Part shown: positions 50,523 to 59,630 of the stretch, one piece after another
How the letters are laid out: the number at the start of each line of letters is the position of its first letter
How positions within the stretch are numbered: position 1 is the stretch's first letter
Assembly: GCA_963676795.2 (NCBI GenBank)
Contig: CAXXTB010000001.1
Coordinates: 64,001-128,000, forward strand
Reading direction: 5' to 3'
Origin: Geopsychrobacteraceae bacterium
GTDB taxonomy: Bacteria > Desulfobacterota > Desulfuromonadia > Desulfuromonadales > Geopsychrobacteraceae
Length of the DNA stretch: 64,000 bases
Translations under genes and position numbers: made by a program
Notes under the pieces: generated by a model
Database searches by the model: none
The model's input: only the letters and a program-made list of their open reading frames with translations
Told to the model about the DNA's origin: nothing

Positions 50523-50786
50523 CAGTACTCTCCTTTAGTTCAATAGTTAGCCAGCGTCGACAGCACGATACTGCAAGAGGATAGAGCTGTTGCGTCCACA
50601 GATGACGGTGGCAGTCCAAACGACGCTGTATGGGATGGGCGACTTAGTTATTTTACAAACAGAACCGAAGCGGCGTTGGTCCGGATCTGAAGCAGCTGGT
50701 CGTTCCGTGTTCTGTCCGAAAGGGGGACCGACAGTCTGGAGCTGACCAATCTACTTTTTCGTGGCGAATTGTGATTCAGATCTATT

Positions 50787-50803
50787 GGCAAGAAGGGTGC
50801 CAG
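50787..50803 (-). promoter_or_regulatory. Sigma54 promoter for glnHPQ
   Basis: Minus strand reads CTGGCAC-CCTTC-TTGCC; directly downstream of a sigma54 activator gene. Confidence 0.82.
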
Positions 50804-51003
50804 CTCGAAGAAAAACCGTTAACCAGCTGTTTTACAAGGAGAGTCCTGCTTTTCTGAGGGATGAGGGCAACCCACTAGGGGGTATGGCAAAAACTATGAA
50901 GAGATCAACGAAAGGCGAGTTTATTCTTAAAAAACAGCGATTTAAAAGAGCCATAACCTAAGTTATGACTATAGCTTTTTGCATACCCCTTTTTTTCGTA
51001 AGC

Positions 51004-52413
51004 TTAGTCGTCACGCCGCCGTTTGAGCCGCTTGCTTAGACTCGGCTGGGCAATACCGAGCAGACGTGCGGCAATGGTCTGGTTACCGACAGCCCGCTCA
51101 AGAGCGGCATCGATCAACATCTCGCTCGCTTCACTTAAGGTCGGCAGCTCGTCAAGCGCGAGGAAAGGATTCCCCTGCTGCGGTTCTGCCGTCAACGGTT
51201 GGTTCTGGCGGTCCAGACGCTGGAGGAAGCTCTGCAACGACAGCACACCCCCCTGATGGAGGCTGACCGCATCGTAGATCATACCGCGCAGTTCGCGCAC
51301 GTTGCCGGGAAAACTGTAGGTCGCGAGCAGGGTGGTCAGCTGAGGAGGCGGGGTCGGCCTGATCTTGCCCAGTTCGCTGGCCGCCTGATTCAGAAAATGA
51401 TCGATCAGCAGCGGCAGATCATCATAGCGTTCGCGCAGCGGCGGCAGGGTCAGCTGGTGGGTCTGCAGACGGTAGTAGAGGTCACGGCGGAAGCTACCGT
51501 CGGCCACCTTGGCTTCAAGGTCGTAGTGGGTGGCACAGACCACCCGTGCCTGCAGATAATGGGGCTGATCGCTCCCCAGCGGGTAATATTCCCCCTCCTG
51601 CAACAGACGCAGCAGCTTGACCTGGCTGGTCAGTGACAGGTCACCGATTTCATCGAGGAACAGGGTGCCACCCGAAGCCCGCTCGATCATGCCGCCCCGG
51701 TCACGATCCGCGCCGGTGTAGGCCCCGCGCTTGTGGCCGAAGAGGGTGTCGGCAAAGCTGTGATCATCAAGTCCGGCGATATTGATGCCGACCAGCTCGC
51801 CGCTGACGCCACTGAGCTGATGAAGGATACGCGCCACCAGCTCCTTACCGACGCCGCTCTCGCCGAGAATCAGGATCGGCTGACGTGACGGCGCGACTGC
51901 TTCCAGATAACGGAACACGGCGAGCATTGCCGCATTGCGGGTCACCAGCGGGGCGAACAGTTCCGGTTCCTTAAGTTCGGCGGAGAAAAAATTGCGCCGC
52001 AGGCTGGCATTTTCGCGTTGCAGACGAACCAGCTGGACGGCGCGCCTGACACCGTCGAGAAGGCGCTGCTCATCCTCGGTCTTGACGAAATAATCGTAGG
52101 CCCCCAGGCGCATACAGCGCACAGCGGTTTCCAGCTGATTGAGGCCGGAGAGGATGATCACCGGCACCTGCGGATGGTCATTGGCGAGCTGCGTCAGGAT
52201 CTCTTCTCCGGAGAGCTGCGGCATGGTCAGATCGAGCAGCACCACCCCGATATCCTGCTGCTGCATCAAGCCACTGACCTCGCGGCTATTGCTGCAGCAG
52301 ATCAGGTTGGTCAAACCGCCGAGACTCTGCAGCATCCGGCTGAAACTGCGCAGCCAGGCCGACTCGTCATCGACCAGCAGCAGCGAAAATTCGGGATAGG
52401 TTTCAAGCTCCAT
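51004..52413 (-). CDS. Sigma54-dependent response regulator (NtrC family)
   Basis: REC domain (VDDE, LLDLTMP), [30 protein letters not shown] and a Fis-type HTH. Confidence 0.95.
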   Translation of the reverse strand: MELETYPEFSLLLVDDESAWLRSFSRMLQSLGGLTNLICCSNSREVSGLMQQQDIGVVLLDLTMPQLSGEEILTQLANDHPQVPVIILSGLNQLETAVRCMRLGAYDYFVKTEDEQRLLDGVRRAVQLVRLQRENASLRRNFFSAELKEPELFAPLVTRNAAMLAVFRYLEAVAPSRQPILILGESGVGKELVARILHQLSGVSGELVGINIAGLDDHSFADTLFGHKRGAYTGADRDRGGMIERASGGTLFLDEIGDLSLTSQVKLLRLLQEGEYYPLGSDQPHYLQARVVCATHYDLEAKVADGSFRRDLYYRLQTHQLTLPPLRERYDDLPLLIDHFLNQAASELGKIRPTPPPQLTTLLATYSFPGNVRELRGMIYDAVSLHQGGVLSLQSFLQRLDRQNQPLTAEPQQGNPFLALDELPTLSEASEMLIDAALERAVGNQTIAARLLGIAQPSLSKRLKRRRDD

Positions 52414-54127
52414 CGCCCCCCCTTTTCTGTGGCAGGCTCATCCGCACCAGGGTTCCGCCGCTGACCTGCGGAACAAATTCAAGGTTTCCGTCGTGCTCCT
52501 GGATAATCTGGGCCGAAACCGACAGCCCCAGCCCGGTACCACCCTCTTCGCGGCGCGTGGTAAAGAATGGATCGGTCAGCTGGGGCAGATGTTCAGGCGC
52601 AATGCCGCGCCCCTGATCCTCGACCTCAACGATCACCCGCTCCTGTGTAGCCCGGGTTCTGAGTATAATCGCCTGCCGGCGGTTTGCCAACGCCTGAGAA
52701 GCGTTGATCAGCAGGTTGACGATAACCTGCTCGAGGCGCTGGCCATGGCCGGTCACCAGCGGCAGCCCGGCGTCCAGTTCGATGTGCAACTGATCGGTCG
52801 CTTTTTTCAGCTGGTTCTCGACCAGTCGATAGGCGCTCATCGCCACCTGGTTGAGATCGACATCCTTGGCTTGGGCGACATCCTCGCGCCGGGCGAAGTT
52901 CTTCAGGTCCTCGACAATCCATTTGATCCGCCCGGAACTCTTGAGCATTTCTTCAAGCATCTCAGGGATTTCATCGCGCAGCTGCGACCAGGGAATGCGC
53001 GCGGCGCGGAAATTACCCTGCTGCGCATAGTGTTCTTCCAACAGCGGCTCGATATCACGCCAGATACGCTGCAACTGGGCCAGGTCGAGCAGTAGCATGC
53101 CGTTGGGATTGTTGATCTCATGGGCCACCCCCGAGACCAGCACGCCCAGAGAGGCGAGCTTGTCGGCCTGGATCAGTTGCTGCTGATGGCGCTTCAGCTC
53201 AGCCATCGCCCGCTCCCGCTCCCGGATCTGCTCCTTGAGCGCGGCCGTGCGCAAACGGACCTGACGGCGCAACAGGGCCGACCACAACAGGGCCAGCAAC
53301 AGGATAACAACCAGCGGGATCAGAATCGCCCCGCCGATGCGCAACACCCGGTTCAGTTCAAGCCCTTTCACTTCCGGCAGCGGACCGAGCCAGGCATTGA
53401 AGATCCGCCGGTACTCCCCCGACTGTTTGAGCAGGGCCAACCCTTCGGTCAACAGGGCGAGCATCTCCTGGTTACCGGCCTTGACGGCGAAGCCATAATC
53501 CTCGGCCAGCAACGGCCGACCGACCGCCTTGAGATTGGCGACCTGCAAGCGGCCGAGCAGGTACTCGCCGGCCAGTTTGCTGCCCAGTGCCGCATCATAA
53601 TCGCCGATCGCCAGCAGGCGCAGCGCGTCTTCCAGCGAATCGACAGCCACCGCCTCGACCTTGAGCTGCGGACGCTCAGCGAGGTAGCTGGCCATGACGC
53701 TGTCGCGCACCACCAGCACCTGCTGCCCGGCCAGGGCCTCGAGCGAAGCATAGGGGGAATCGCGCCGTACCCAGAGCGACTGAAAGACCTGGGCGTGCGG
53801 CGGGGTATAGTCGAATTCAAGTTGCCCCTGCTTGCTGTAAGGCACCCCGGAGAGGATATCGACCTGGCCGGTCAGCAGCTGACGGCGCAGCTCGTGCCAG
53901 GGGGCATAGCGGAAGACCACCTCGACCCCCATTGCCGCGCTGATAGCGCGTCCAAGCTCGACATTGAGACCGTCCGGTTCTCCGGAAAAACCGACAAATT
54001 CGTAAGGGGGAAAATCGGGATCACAGCCGATAACGACCGGCCTTTGCGGCAATGGATCAGCCATGACCGCGAGTGGCAGCAGCAGAAAAAGCAGCCGAAT
54101 TATGCAGAATAAACGCCCGTTGTTCAT
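52403..54127 (-). CDS. Sensor histidine kinase with a periplasmic amino-acid-binding (SBP family 3) domain
   Basis: DFPPYEF binding domain, TM helix, VAHEINNP H-box, NLLINA and GTGLGL motifs; start at 54127 inferred. Confidence 0.93.
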   Translation of the reverse strand: MNNGRLFCIIRLLFLLLPLAVMADPLPQRPVVIGCDPDFPPYEFVGFSGEPDGLNVELGRAISAAMGVEVVFRYAPWHELRRQLLTGQVDILSGVPYSKQGQLEFDYTPPHAQVFQSLWVRRDSPYASLEALAGQQVLVVRDSVMASYLAERPQLKVEAVAVDSLEDALRLLAIGDYDAALGSKLAGEYLLGRLQVANLKAVGRPLLAEDYGFAVKAGNQEMLALLTEGLALLKQSGEYRRIFNAWLGPLPEVKGLELNRVLRIGGAILIPLVVILLLALLWSALLRRQVRLRTAALKEQIRERERAMAELKRHQQQLIQADKLASLGVLVSGVAHEINNPNGMLLLDLAQLQRIWRDIEPLLEEHYAQQGNFRAARIPWSQLRDEIPEMLEEMLKSSGRIKWIVEDLKNFARREDVAQAKDVDLNQVAMSAYRLVENQLKKATDQLHIELDAGLPLVTGHGQRLEQVIVNLLINASQALANRRQAIILRTRATQERVIVEVEDQGRGIAPEHLPQLTDPFFTTRREEGGTGLGLSVSAQIIQEHDGNLEFVPQVSGGTLVRMSLPQKRGGDGA

Positions 54128-54133
54128 CGCCAC

Positions 54134-54162
54134 ATAGTCGATGAGCAACGGACCCTTGTCAA
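54134..54162 (-). promoter_or_regulatory. Sigma70-type promoter, possibly giving a leaderless kinase mRNA
   Basis: TTGACA-N17-GACTAT-N6-ATG, with no RBS. Confidence 0.5.
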
Positions 54163-54178
54163 TAGATTTGCGCTTGAA

Positions 54179-54372
54179 TCAGAGCGCCGATTCTTCAGCC
54201 ACAGTCACCGTTTCCCAACGGCGAAACTGCTTCTTCTCCAGCGCCAGGGAAAACAGCCAGGCGGAGACCAGTGCGGTCAGCGCCTGGCGGGTTAAGCCAC
54301 CGAGGAGAAAGATAATCAGGAGCGTCAGCAGCAGGACGGCCCTGACGGCCACGATCTTCTGAGCACAACAAA
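54179..54372 (-). pseudogene. Possible C-terminal remnant of a membrane-protein gene, or a 57-aa small protein from GTG 54352
   Basis: Frame reads ..QKIVAVRAVLLLTLLIIFLLGGLTRQALTALVSAWLFSLALEKKQFRRWETVTVAEESAL* with host-like codons; abuts an AT-rich block. Confidence 0.4.
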
Positions 54373-54699
54373 ACTATCTCTTTCTCCTTGAGAATATAAA
54401 ATATAGAAATAAGCATTCACACATAAAGCTATGTGCAATAGAAATTAACTCCCATTTCGTTAGCTCAGGGTTAGATTCCGGTTAAATTATTCACAGTGCC
54501 AAAAATCCTCAGGAAGTTTTCACACTACGTTGATATTTCACAACAAATATCTTTTATTCAGCAAAAAGTGGTGGAATATTCCATGTCTTTAATCTATCCT
54601 GAGTGGCGTTTTTCTTCCCCCGTCTTCATGATCAAAATCGTCAGCAAGAACAGGGGGCAGCCATTATCACAACTTATTATTTGATTCAGGAGGGTACCG

Positions 54700-55209
54700 A
54701 TGAAAAAGTTTTTGACCTTGCCAGTCCTTTTGTTTGTCCTGCTGCTTTTCGTTGGCTGTAACAGCCAGACAGCTCAGGTCTCGCCACAGAAACAATCGCA
54801 AAAGCCGATCGCCGTTCTTATCGATGACGGCAACCTTGAAGGGCAGACCGCAGATCAGAGAGCCGAACTCGACAGGGTTCTGCAGTGGATGGAAAGAGAC
54901 ATCGTCAAACAGCTGAGCCGAGCCGGTTTCGATGCGAAACTGCTGAACAGCAAAAAAGAGTTTCAGGCAGAGATGGGCGTCATGTGGAAAATGACGGTCA
55001 AGAATTTCAATGCGGGCAACCGTGCCCTGCGTGCCTTCGTCGGTTATGGCGCCGGAGCTTCATCTCTGGATATGACCTATACCCTGGTTGATGCCAAGGG
55101 TAAAAAAATTGAGCAGTGGGATGACGGTGTCGGCTCATCCAAGGGCGGAACCTACTGTGCCCAGACACTCAACAGACGTAATGTCAAGCGTCTCGCTGAC
55201 AGCCTCTGA
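54700..55209 (+). CDS. Lipoprotein, DUF4410-like
   Basis: Lipobox FVGC; NAGNRALRAFVGYGAGAS motif; AGGAGG RBS. Confidence 0.8.
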   Translation: MKKFLTLPVLLFVLLLFVGCNSQTAQVSPQKQSQKPIAVLIDDGNLEGQTADQRAELDRVLQWMERDIVKQLSRAGFDAKLLNSKKEFQAEMGVMWKMTVKNFNAGNRALRAFVGYGAGASSLDMTYTLVDAKGKKIEQWDDGVGSSKGGTYCAQTLNRRNVKRLADSL

Positions 55210-55255
55210 ACGAGAGGCTGAGGATAAAAAATCGGGCGAAAACGACGTTCAACAG

Positions 55256-55288
55256 GCTGGTTCCGCCAACAGGAACCAGCTTTTTTTT
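55256..55288 (+). terminator. Intrinsic terminator
   Basis: GCTGGTTCC/GGAACCAGC stem followed by T8. Confidence 0.85.
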
Positions 55289-55384
55289 GTCCGGCGCTTT
55301 TCCTTTGCGGAACCTTTCTTATACAATTGACAGAAATGATCAGGAACAATAACAGGCCCTTCTGCCATAAGAAAGCGATCCGCC

Positions 55385-56658
55385 ATGGGTATCATCGACG
55401 ACCTTCTTGCGCATATTGAACTGCCACGCATGATTCGCGTCAGGCAACTGTTTGACAGCACATCTGTCAGCGACATTGCGGCAGAGATTCACAATCAATT
55501 GGCCTCATTCAACGCAACTCAGCCACTCCGTCCCGGCATGAGAATCGCCCTGGCGGTCGGCAGCCGTGGCATGAACCGCCTGCCGGAGCTGGTCAGTGCA
55601 CTTGTCTGCGAATTGCGCCGCTATGGTGCCGAACCTTTCATCGTCCCGGCGATGGGGAGTCACGGTGGAGCAACTGCCGAAGGACAACTGGACGTGCTGG
55701 AAGCCCTGGGCGTTACAGAAACCAGCGCGGGTTGCCCGATCATCTCTTCGATGGAGGTGGTAGAGATCGACCGCCTTGAAAATGGCCTACCGGTGCTGAT
55801 GGACAAAGCGGCGCTGCAGGCTGACGGCATCGTCATCATCAACCGGATCAAGCCGCACACCAGTTTCAGCGGCCCGATCGAAAGCGGCCTGGTCAAAATG
55901 CTCTCCATCGGCCTGGGGAAGCAGAAGGGGGCCGATTCCTGCCACGCCATGGGTTTCGGCAGCATGGTGGAAAACATCGTCACCATGGCTGAAATCAAGA
56001 TCGCCAAAACACCAATCCTGTTCGGCGTAGCGACCATCGAAACGCTTATGACAAGATCTGCAAAATTGCACTGCTCCCGGCGGCCAGAATCGTCGAAGAG
56101 GAACCGGCTCTGCTGGCTGAAGCACGTCAGGCGATGCCACGCATCCTGTTTAATCCGCTTGATGTGCTGGTCGTCGACCGGATGGGCAAGAACTACTCAG
56201 GCACCGGTACCGACCCCAACATCACCGGCCGCGCCGCCACCCCCTTTGTTCGGGCCGAGCAGAAGATCAACAAGATGGCGATTCTCGACCTCAGTGAACC
56301 GAGTCACGGCAACGCCACCGGGGTCGGCCTGGCCGACATCTGTACCCGGCGCCTGGTCGACAAGATCAACTTTGACGCGACCTATGCCAACCACATCACC
56401 TCGACCGAACTGAGTCACGGCAAAATCCCGCTGACCATGAACAACGACCGCCTCGCCATCCAGCTGGCGGTCAAGACCTGCAACGTCCTGGATCCAGCGC
56501 AACTGAGACTGGTCAGAATTCCCAATACCCTGGAACTGGGGACGATCATGATTTCGGAAGGATTATTGGCAGAAGCGCAGGCCCATCCCCAGATTGAAAT
56601 TCTGGGGGGCTCGCAGGGCTGGGAATTTGATAGCGAAGGCAATCTGAAAGATCTTTAG
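55385..56658 (+). pseudogene. LarA-like (lactate racemase domain / DUF2088-DUF362 type) gene split by a 1-nt frameshift
   Basis: AVGSRG, PAMGSHGG, NRIKPHT and GLGKQKGA lie in one frame; NAYDK.. and GKNYSGTGTDPNITGR lie in another. Adding one A at 56040-56042 gives a continuous 424-aa ORF. Confidence 0.8.
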
Positions 56659-56728
56659 AACATAAATAAAAAAATCTACCCAAAAGCCTCCAAACAACGA
56701 GTTGTAAAAAGATCAAGGGCTTAGGACG

Positions 56729-56757
56729 TAAAGCGAAGCCGCATCCGGCTCCGCTTT
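56729..56757. terminator. Hairpin between convergent genes
   Basis: AAAGCGAAGCCG-catc-CGGCTCCGCTTT. Confidence 0.5.
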
Positions 56758-56804
56758 AACGATGAATAATGGTCAGGAAAAAGCTTTAGCACGATTCCTG
56801 TCGT

Positions 56805-57656
56805 TTAAAGATGGGCCTTTACCAGTTGACGCAGTGGCCGAGTTGGGTGACCTATCAGTTTGCTGAGCACATGGCTGTCATCAAACAGAGCCCCTTGGGA
56901 TGCACCTGCATCTGAGTCTGCCAGCACACCGGCCAATGGTGCCGGCAGCCCGGCTTCTTCGAGTGCCTGAGCAAAATCAGCCTCTTCCATATTGATGTAT
57001 GGCACAGTCTTTCCGGATTCTTCACTAATGATTGTGCAAAATTCCGCCAAGGTATAGCTTTCATCACCTGCCAATTCATAAACCTTACCACTTTGAGAAC
57101 CTTCACCAGTAAGAACCACTGCTGCAGCCTCTGCATAATCTTCTCGAGCGGACGAACTGATTTTTCCCTCCTTTGCACAGCCAATGAAGCCTCCGTTTGC
57201 CAAAGATGGGGCAATACTGGCCAGATAGTTTTCCGTATACCAGCCATTACGTAACAGAACGTGGGGAATATCTACTTCTTTCAGATACGCTTCCGTCTCG
57301 AAATGTTCTTCTGCCAGTGCTAATGGAGACTTATCAGCATTCAACAGGCTCGTGTAAGCGACTAACTTCACTCCCGCCTGCTTCGCCGCACTAATCACAT
57401 TTTTGTGCTGGGACGTTCGTTGCCCCACTTCGCTGGATGAAATCAGCAGCAGCTTGGAAATACCCTCAAGAGCAGGTCCCAAAGTCTCGGGTTTAGAATA
57501 ATCGGCGTAGCGGATCTCAATGCCCAAAGTCTTCAAGGATTCAGCTTTTTCGACATTTCTCACCAGAGCAACAATCTGCTCTGCTACCGTTCTTTTCAGT
57601 AAATGTTTAATGACTAAGTGGCCCAACTGACCAGTCGCACCAGTAACTGCAATCAT
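56805..57656 (-). CDS. qorB: NAD(P)H:quinone oxidoreductase YtfG/QorB (NmrA-like SDR)
   Basis: MIAVTGATGQLG, LLLISSSEVGQR, LRNGWYTENY and YELAGD motifs. Confidence 0.9.
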   Translation of the reverse strand: MIAVTGATGQLGHLVIKHLLKRTVAEQIVALVRNVEKAESLKTLGIEIRYADYSKPETLGPALEGISKLLLISSSEVGQRTSQHKNVISAAKQAGVKLVAYTSLLNADKSPLALAEEHFETEAYLKEVDIPHVLLRNGWYTENYLASIAPSLANGGFIGCAKEGKISSSAREDYAEAAAVVLTGEGSQSGKVYELAGDESYTLAEFCTIISEESGKTVPYINMEEADFAQALEEAGLPAPLAGVLADSDAGASQGALFDDSHVLSKLIGHPTRPLRQLVKAHL

Positions 57657-57713
57657 AGCTTTTCTCCTCTCGCTGTTATCAATTTACTCGACTAAGAGTA
57701 GCTTGCCACGTAA

Positions 57714-57748
57714 ACTTACGAATTGTAAGTACGCACTTTTTTGTAAGT
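57714..57748. promoter_or_regulatory. Candidate HxlR-family operator
   Basis: ACTTAC-N5-GTAAGT palindrome plus a second GTAAGT half-site, between the divergent genes. Confidence 0.7.
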
Positions 57749-57777
57749 GTTATTTTTTTCTGATGGAGGTGTCAGAC

Positions 57778-58200
57778 ATGAATAAATTAGCGGAACAAAA
57801 GGTGAATGCTTCCCTGACAGACAAGTTAAGCCGGGGAAATGTGCTGGCCAAGGAATGCCCGTCACGCAGCATTTTACAGGATGTGACCAATCGGTGGGGG
57901 GTGCTGGTCCTGTTTTCACTCCTTGGCGGTACTTACCGCTTCAATGAACTGCGAAAAAAAATCACCGGCATCAGTGAAAAAATGCTGTCACAAACGTTAC
58001 AGGCATTAGAGGCAGACGGATTTGTTTTACGCATTGCTCATCCTGTCATTCCGCCCCATGTCGAGTATCAACTGACGGATCAGGGTAAAGTCATCGCTGG
58101 TAAAGTTGAAGATCTTGTCAACTGGATTGAAGTGAATCTAGAAGATATTCTCAGCTCGCAAAAGAGCTATGACGACCGCAAAACAAGAAAGGAAAGTTAA
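57778..58200 (+). CDS. ytfH: HxlR-family transcriptional regulator (YtfH/QorR-like)
   Basis: CPSR..RWG, RFNEL..GISEKML.QTL and PPHVEYQLT motifs; GGAGG RBS; divergent from qorB. Confidence 0.9.
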   Translation: MNKLAEQKVNASLTDKLSRGNVLAKECPSRSILQDVTNRWGVLVLFSLLGGTYRFNELRKKITGISEKMLSQTLQALEADGFVLRIAHPVIPPHVEYQLTDQGKVIAGKVEDLVNWIEVNLEDILSSQKSYDDRKTRKES

Positions 58201-58239
58201 GCACGCAAAGTTTTCAAAAGAAGTTACACAGATACAGAA

Positions 58240-59058
58240 TCAGAGATATGTTTTGCCGCCGATATAGGTGCGCTTGAAATAGGTGCTGTTGAGACTGGCA
58301 ACCCGTACGGTCTTGCCCGGGCGTGGGGCGTGAATAAACTGTCCATCGCCGATATACATGCCGACGTGGGTAACCCTCGTCCCACCTTTGGTCGCAAAGA
58401 AGACCAGGTCCCCCTTTTGCAGCTGAGCCTTCTTGACGCTGGTCCCGGCATCAAACTGGGCCCGGGAGTTACGCGGCAGATCCAGCCCGTTAAGGCGATA
58501 ACTGACCATCATCAATCCACTGCAGTCAAAACCGGTCTTTTCGCTCTCGCCCCCCCAGCGGTAGGGAACACCAAGAAAACGGCTGGTGGTTTTGACCAGT
58601 TCGTCACGCAGATCTCCGCTTCCGCTTTTCTCGATACGGACAACGGCATAATCTTCGGGCAGCACAATGAAGAAACGCTCGATCAGCCCCTGGCTCTGCA
58701 ACTCCTGAGCATAGGTGCGGGCCTGATCGTATTGGGTATAGTTGCCGAAACGGACCTTGTAGAGTCCCGATTCGTGAAGGAAGTAATAGGCGTCGATACC
58801 GCGATTCTTGAGCATGGCTTCAAACTGGACCGCGTTGTCCAATTGACCGAAGGCCCCCACCTGAATGGAAAAGCCAAGTGTTTCAAGCGGCTTCTTGACC
58901 TGTTGAGTGATAACCTCCGCCAGGAGATCTTCGGCCTCCCGAACCATCACAGAACCGCTGTCAGAGACAGAGACAGCGTCATCCGACTGAATCATCGGCG
59001 TCCTGGGCGTACAGGAACAGACAAACAACAAAAACAGGAGCAGAAGGCGCAGTATCAT
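58240..59058 (-). CDS. SPOR-domain plus NlpC/P60 peptidoglycan hydrolase lipoprotein
   Basis: SIQVGAF (SPOR); PYRWGG, FDCSGL, GDLVFF, HVGMY and FIHAP (NlpC/P60). Confidence 0.92.
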   Translation of the reverse strand: MILRLLLLFLLFVCSCTPRTPMIQSDDAVSVSDSGSVMVREAEDLLAEVITQQVKKPLETLGFSIQVGAFGQLDNAVQFEAMLKNRGIDAYYFLHESGLYKVRFGNYTQYDQARTYAQELQSQGLIERFFIVLPEDYAVVRIEKSGSGDLRDELVKTTSRFLGVPYRWGGESEKTGFDCSGLMMVSYRLNGLDLPRNSRAQFDAGTSVKKAQLQKGDLVFFATKGGTRVTHVGMYIGDGQFIHAPRPGKTVRVASLNSTYFKRTYIGGKTYL

Positions 59059-59088
59059 TGATTCCGTGACTGTGACAGAGGTTTGCGA

Positions 59089-59448
59089 CTATGATTGAAT
59101 ACAGTTCGCTAATTCTATATCAAAATCGATGATATGTAACAACAGGATAGAACGGATCTCTTCAGCCAGGGAATGTCCCGATCGCTTCCCCTGCCCGACC
59201 TCGTCAAGAGCATTCTGCAGTAAGTTGCTCAAACGCTGGTGCTCGTCGCGGTGCTTTTGCGGGAATTGCCCCCCCAGCGACTCGATGACATGAATTTCGT
59301 GGTCAAAGTGGCGGATCAACCCCTGAACGATCTGTTCAAGATAACCTTCATTTTCCGGAGAGGAAAAATAATGCAGCAACAGGAGATCCACATTGTTGTG
59401 GTCCACATCGATCTCGAGAATCCCGACTTTGGTCGCCCCGTACCACAT
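59089..59448 (-). CDS. Single-domain hemerythrin-like protein
   Basis: IDVDH, HFDHE, HRDEH and HIIDFD give the full H/HxxxE/HxxxH/HxxxxD ligand set. Confidence 0.82.
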   Translation of the reverse strand: MWYGATKVGILEIDVDHNNVDLLLLHYFSSPENEGYLEQIVQGLIRHFDHEIHVIESLGGQFPQKHRDEHQRLSNLLQNALDEVGQGKRSGHSLAEEIRSILLLHIIDFDIELANCIQS

Positions 59449-59630
59449 AACCCCTCGTCAGATGAATATCAGTATCAGTAAAATTATTGCATTGAGTATA
59501 TCAGCTTCCTCTGATTTCGCTCTGAATAGCGGACATTACTGTCCGCATTTTTTACATCAGCCCCAGCCGCTTGCGTAAAAGCGGGAACAACGTTTAAATA
59601 TGGGAAAGAAACCAGGGAGCAGCAGGCATT

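Noticed and set aside
57693..57709. Possible sigma54 promoter for qorB (TGGCAAG...)
   Set aside because: The -12 TTGC element is missing.
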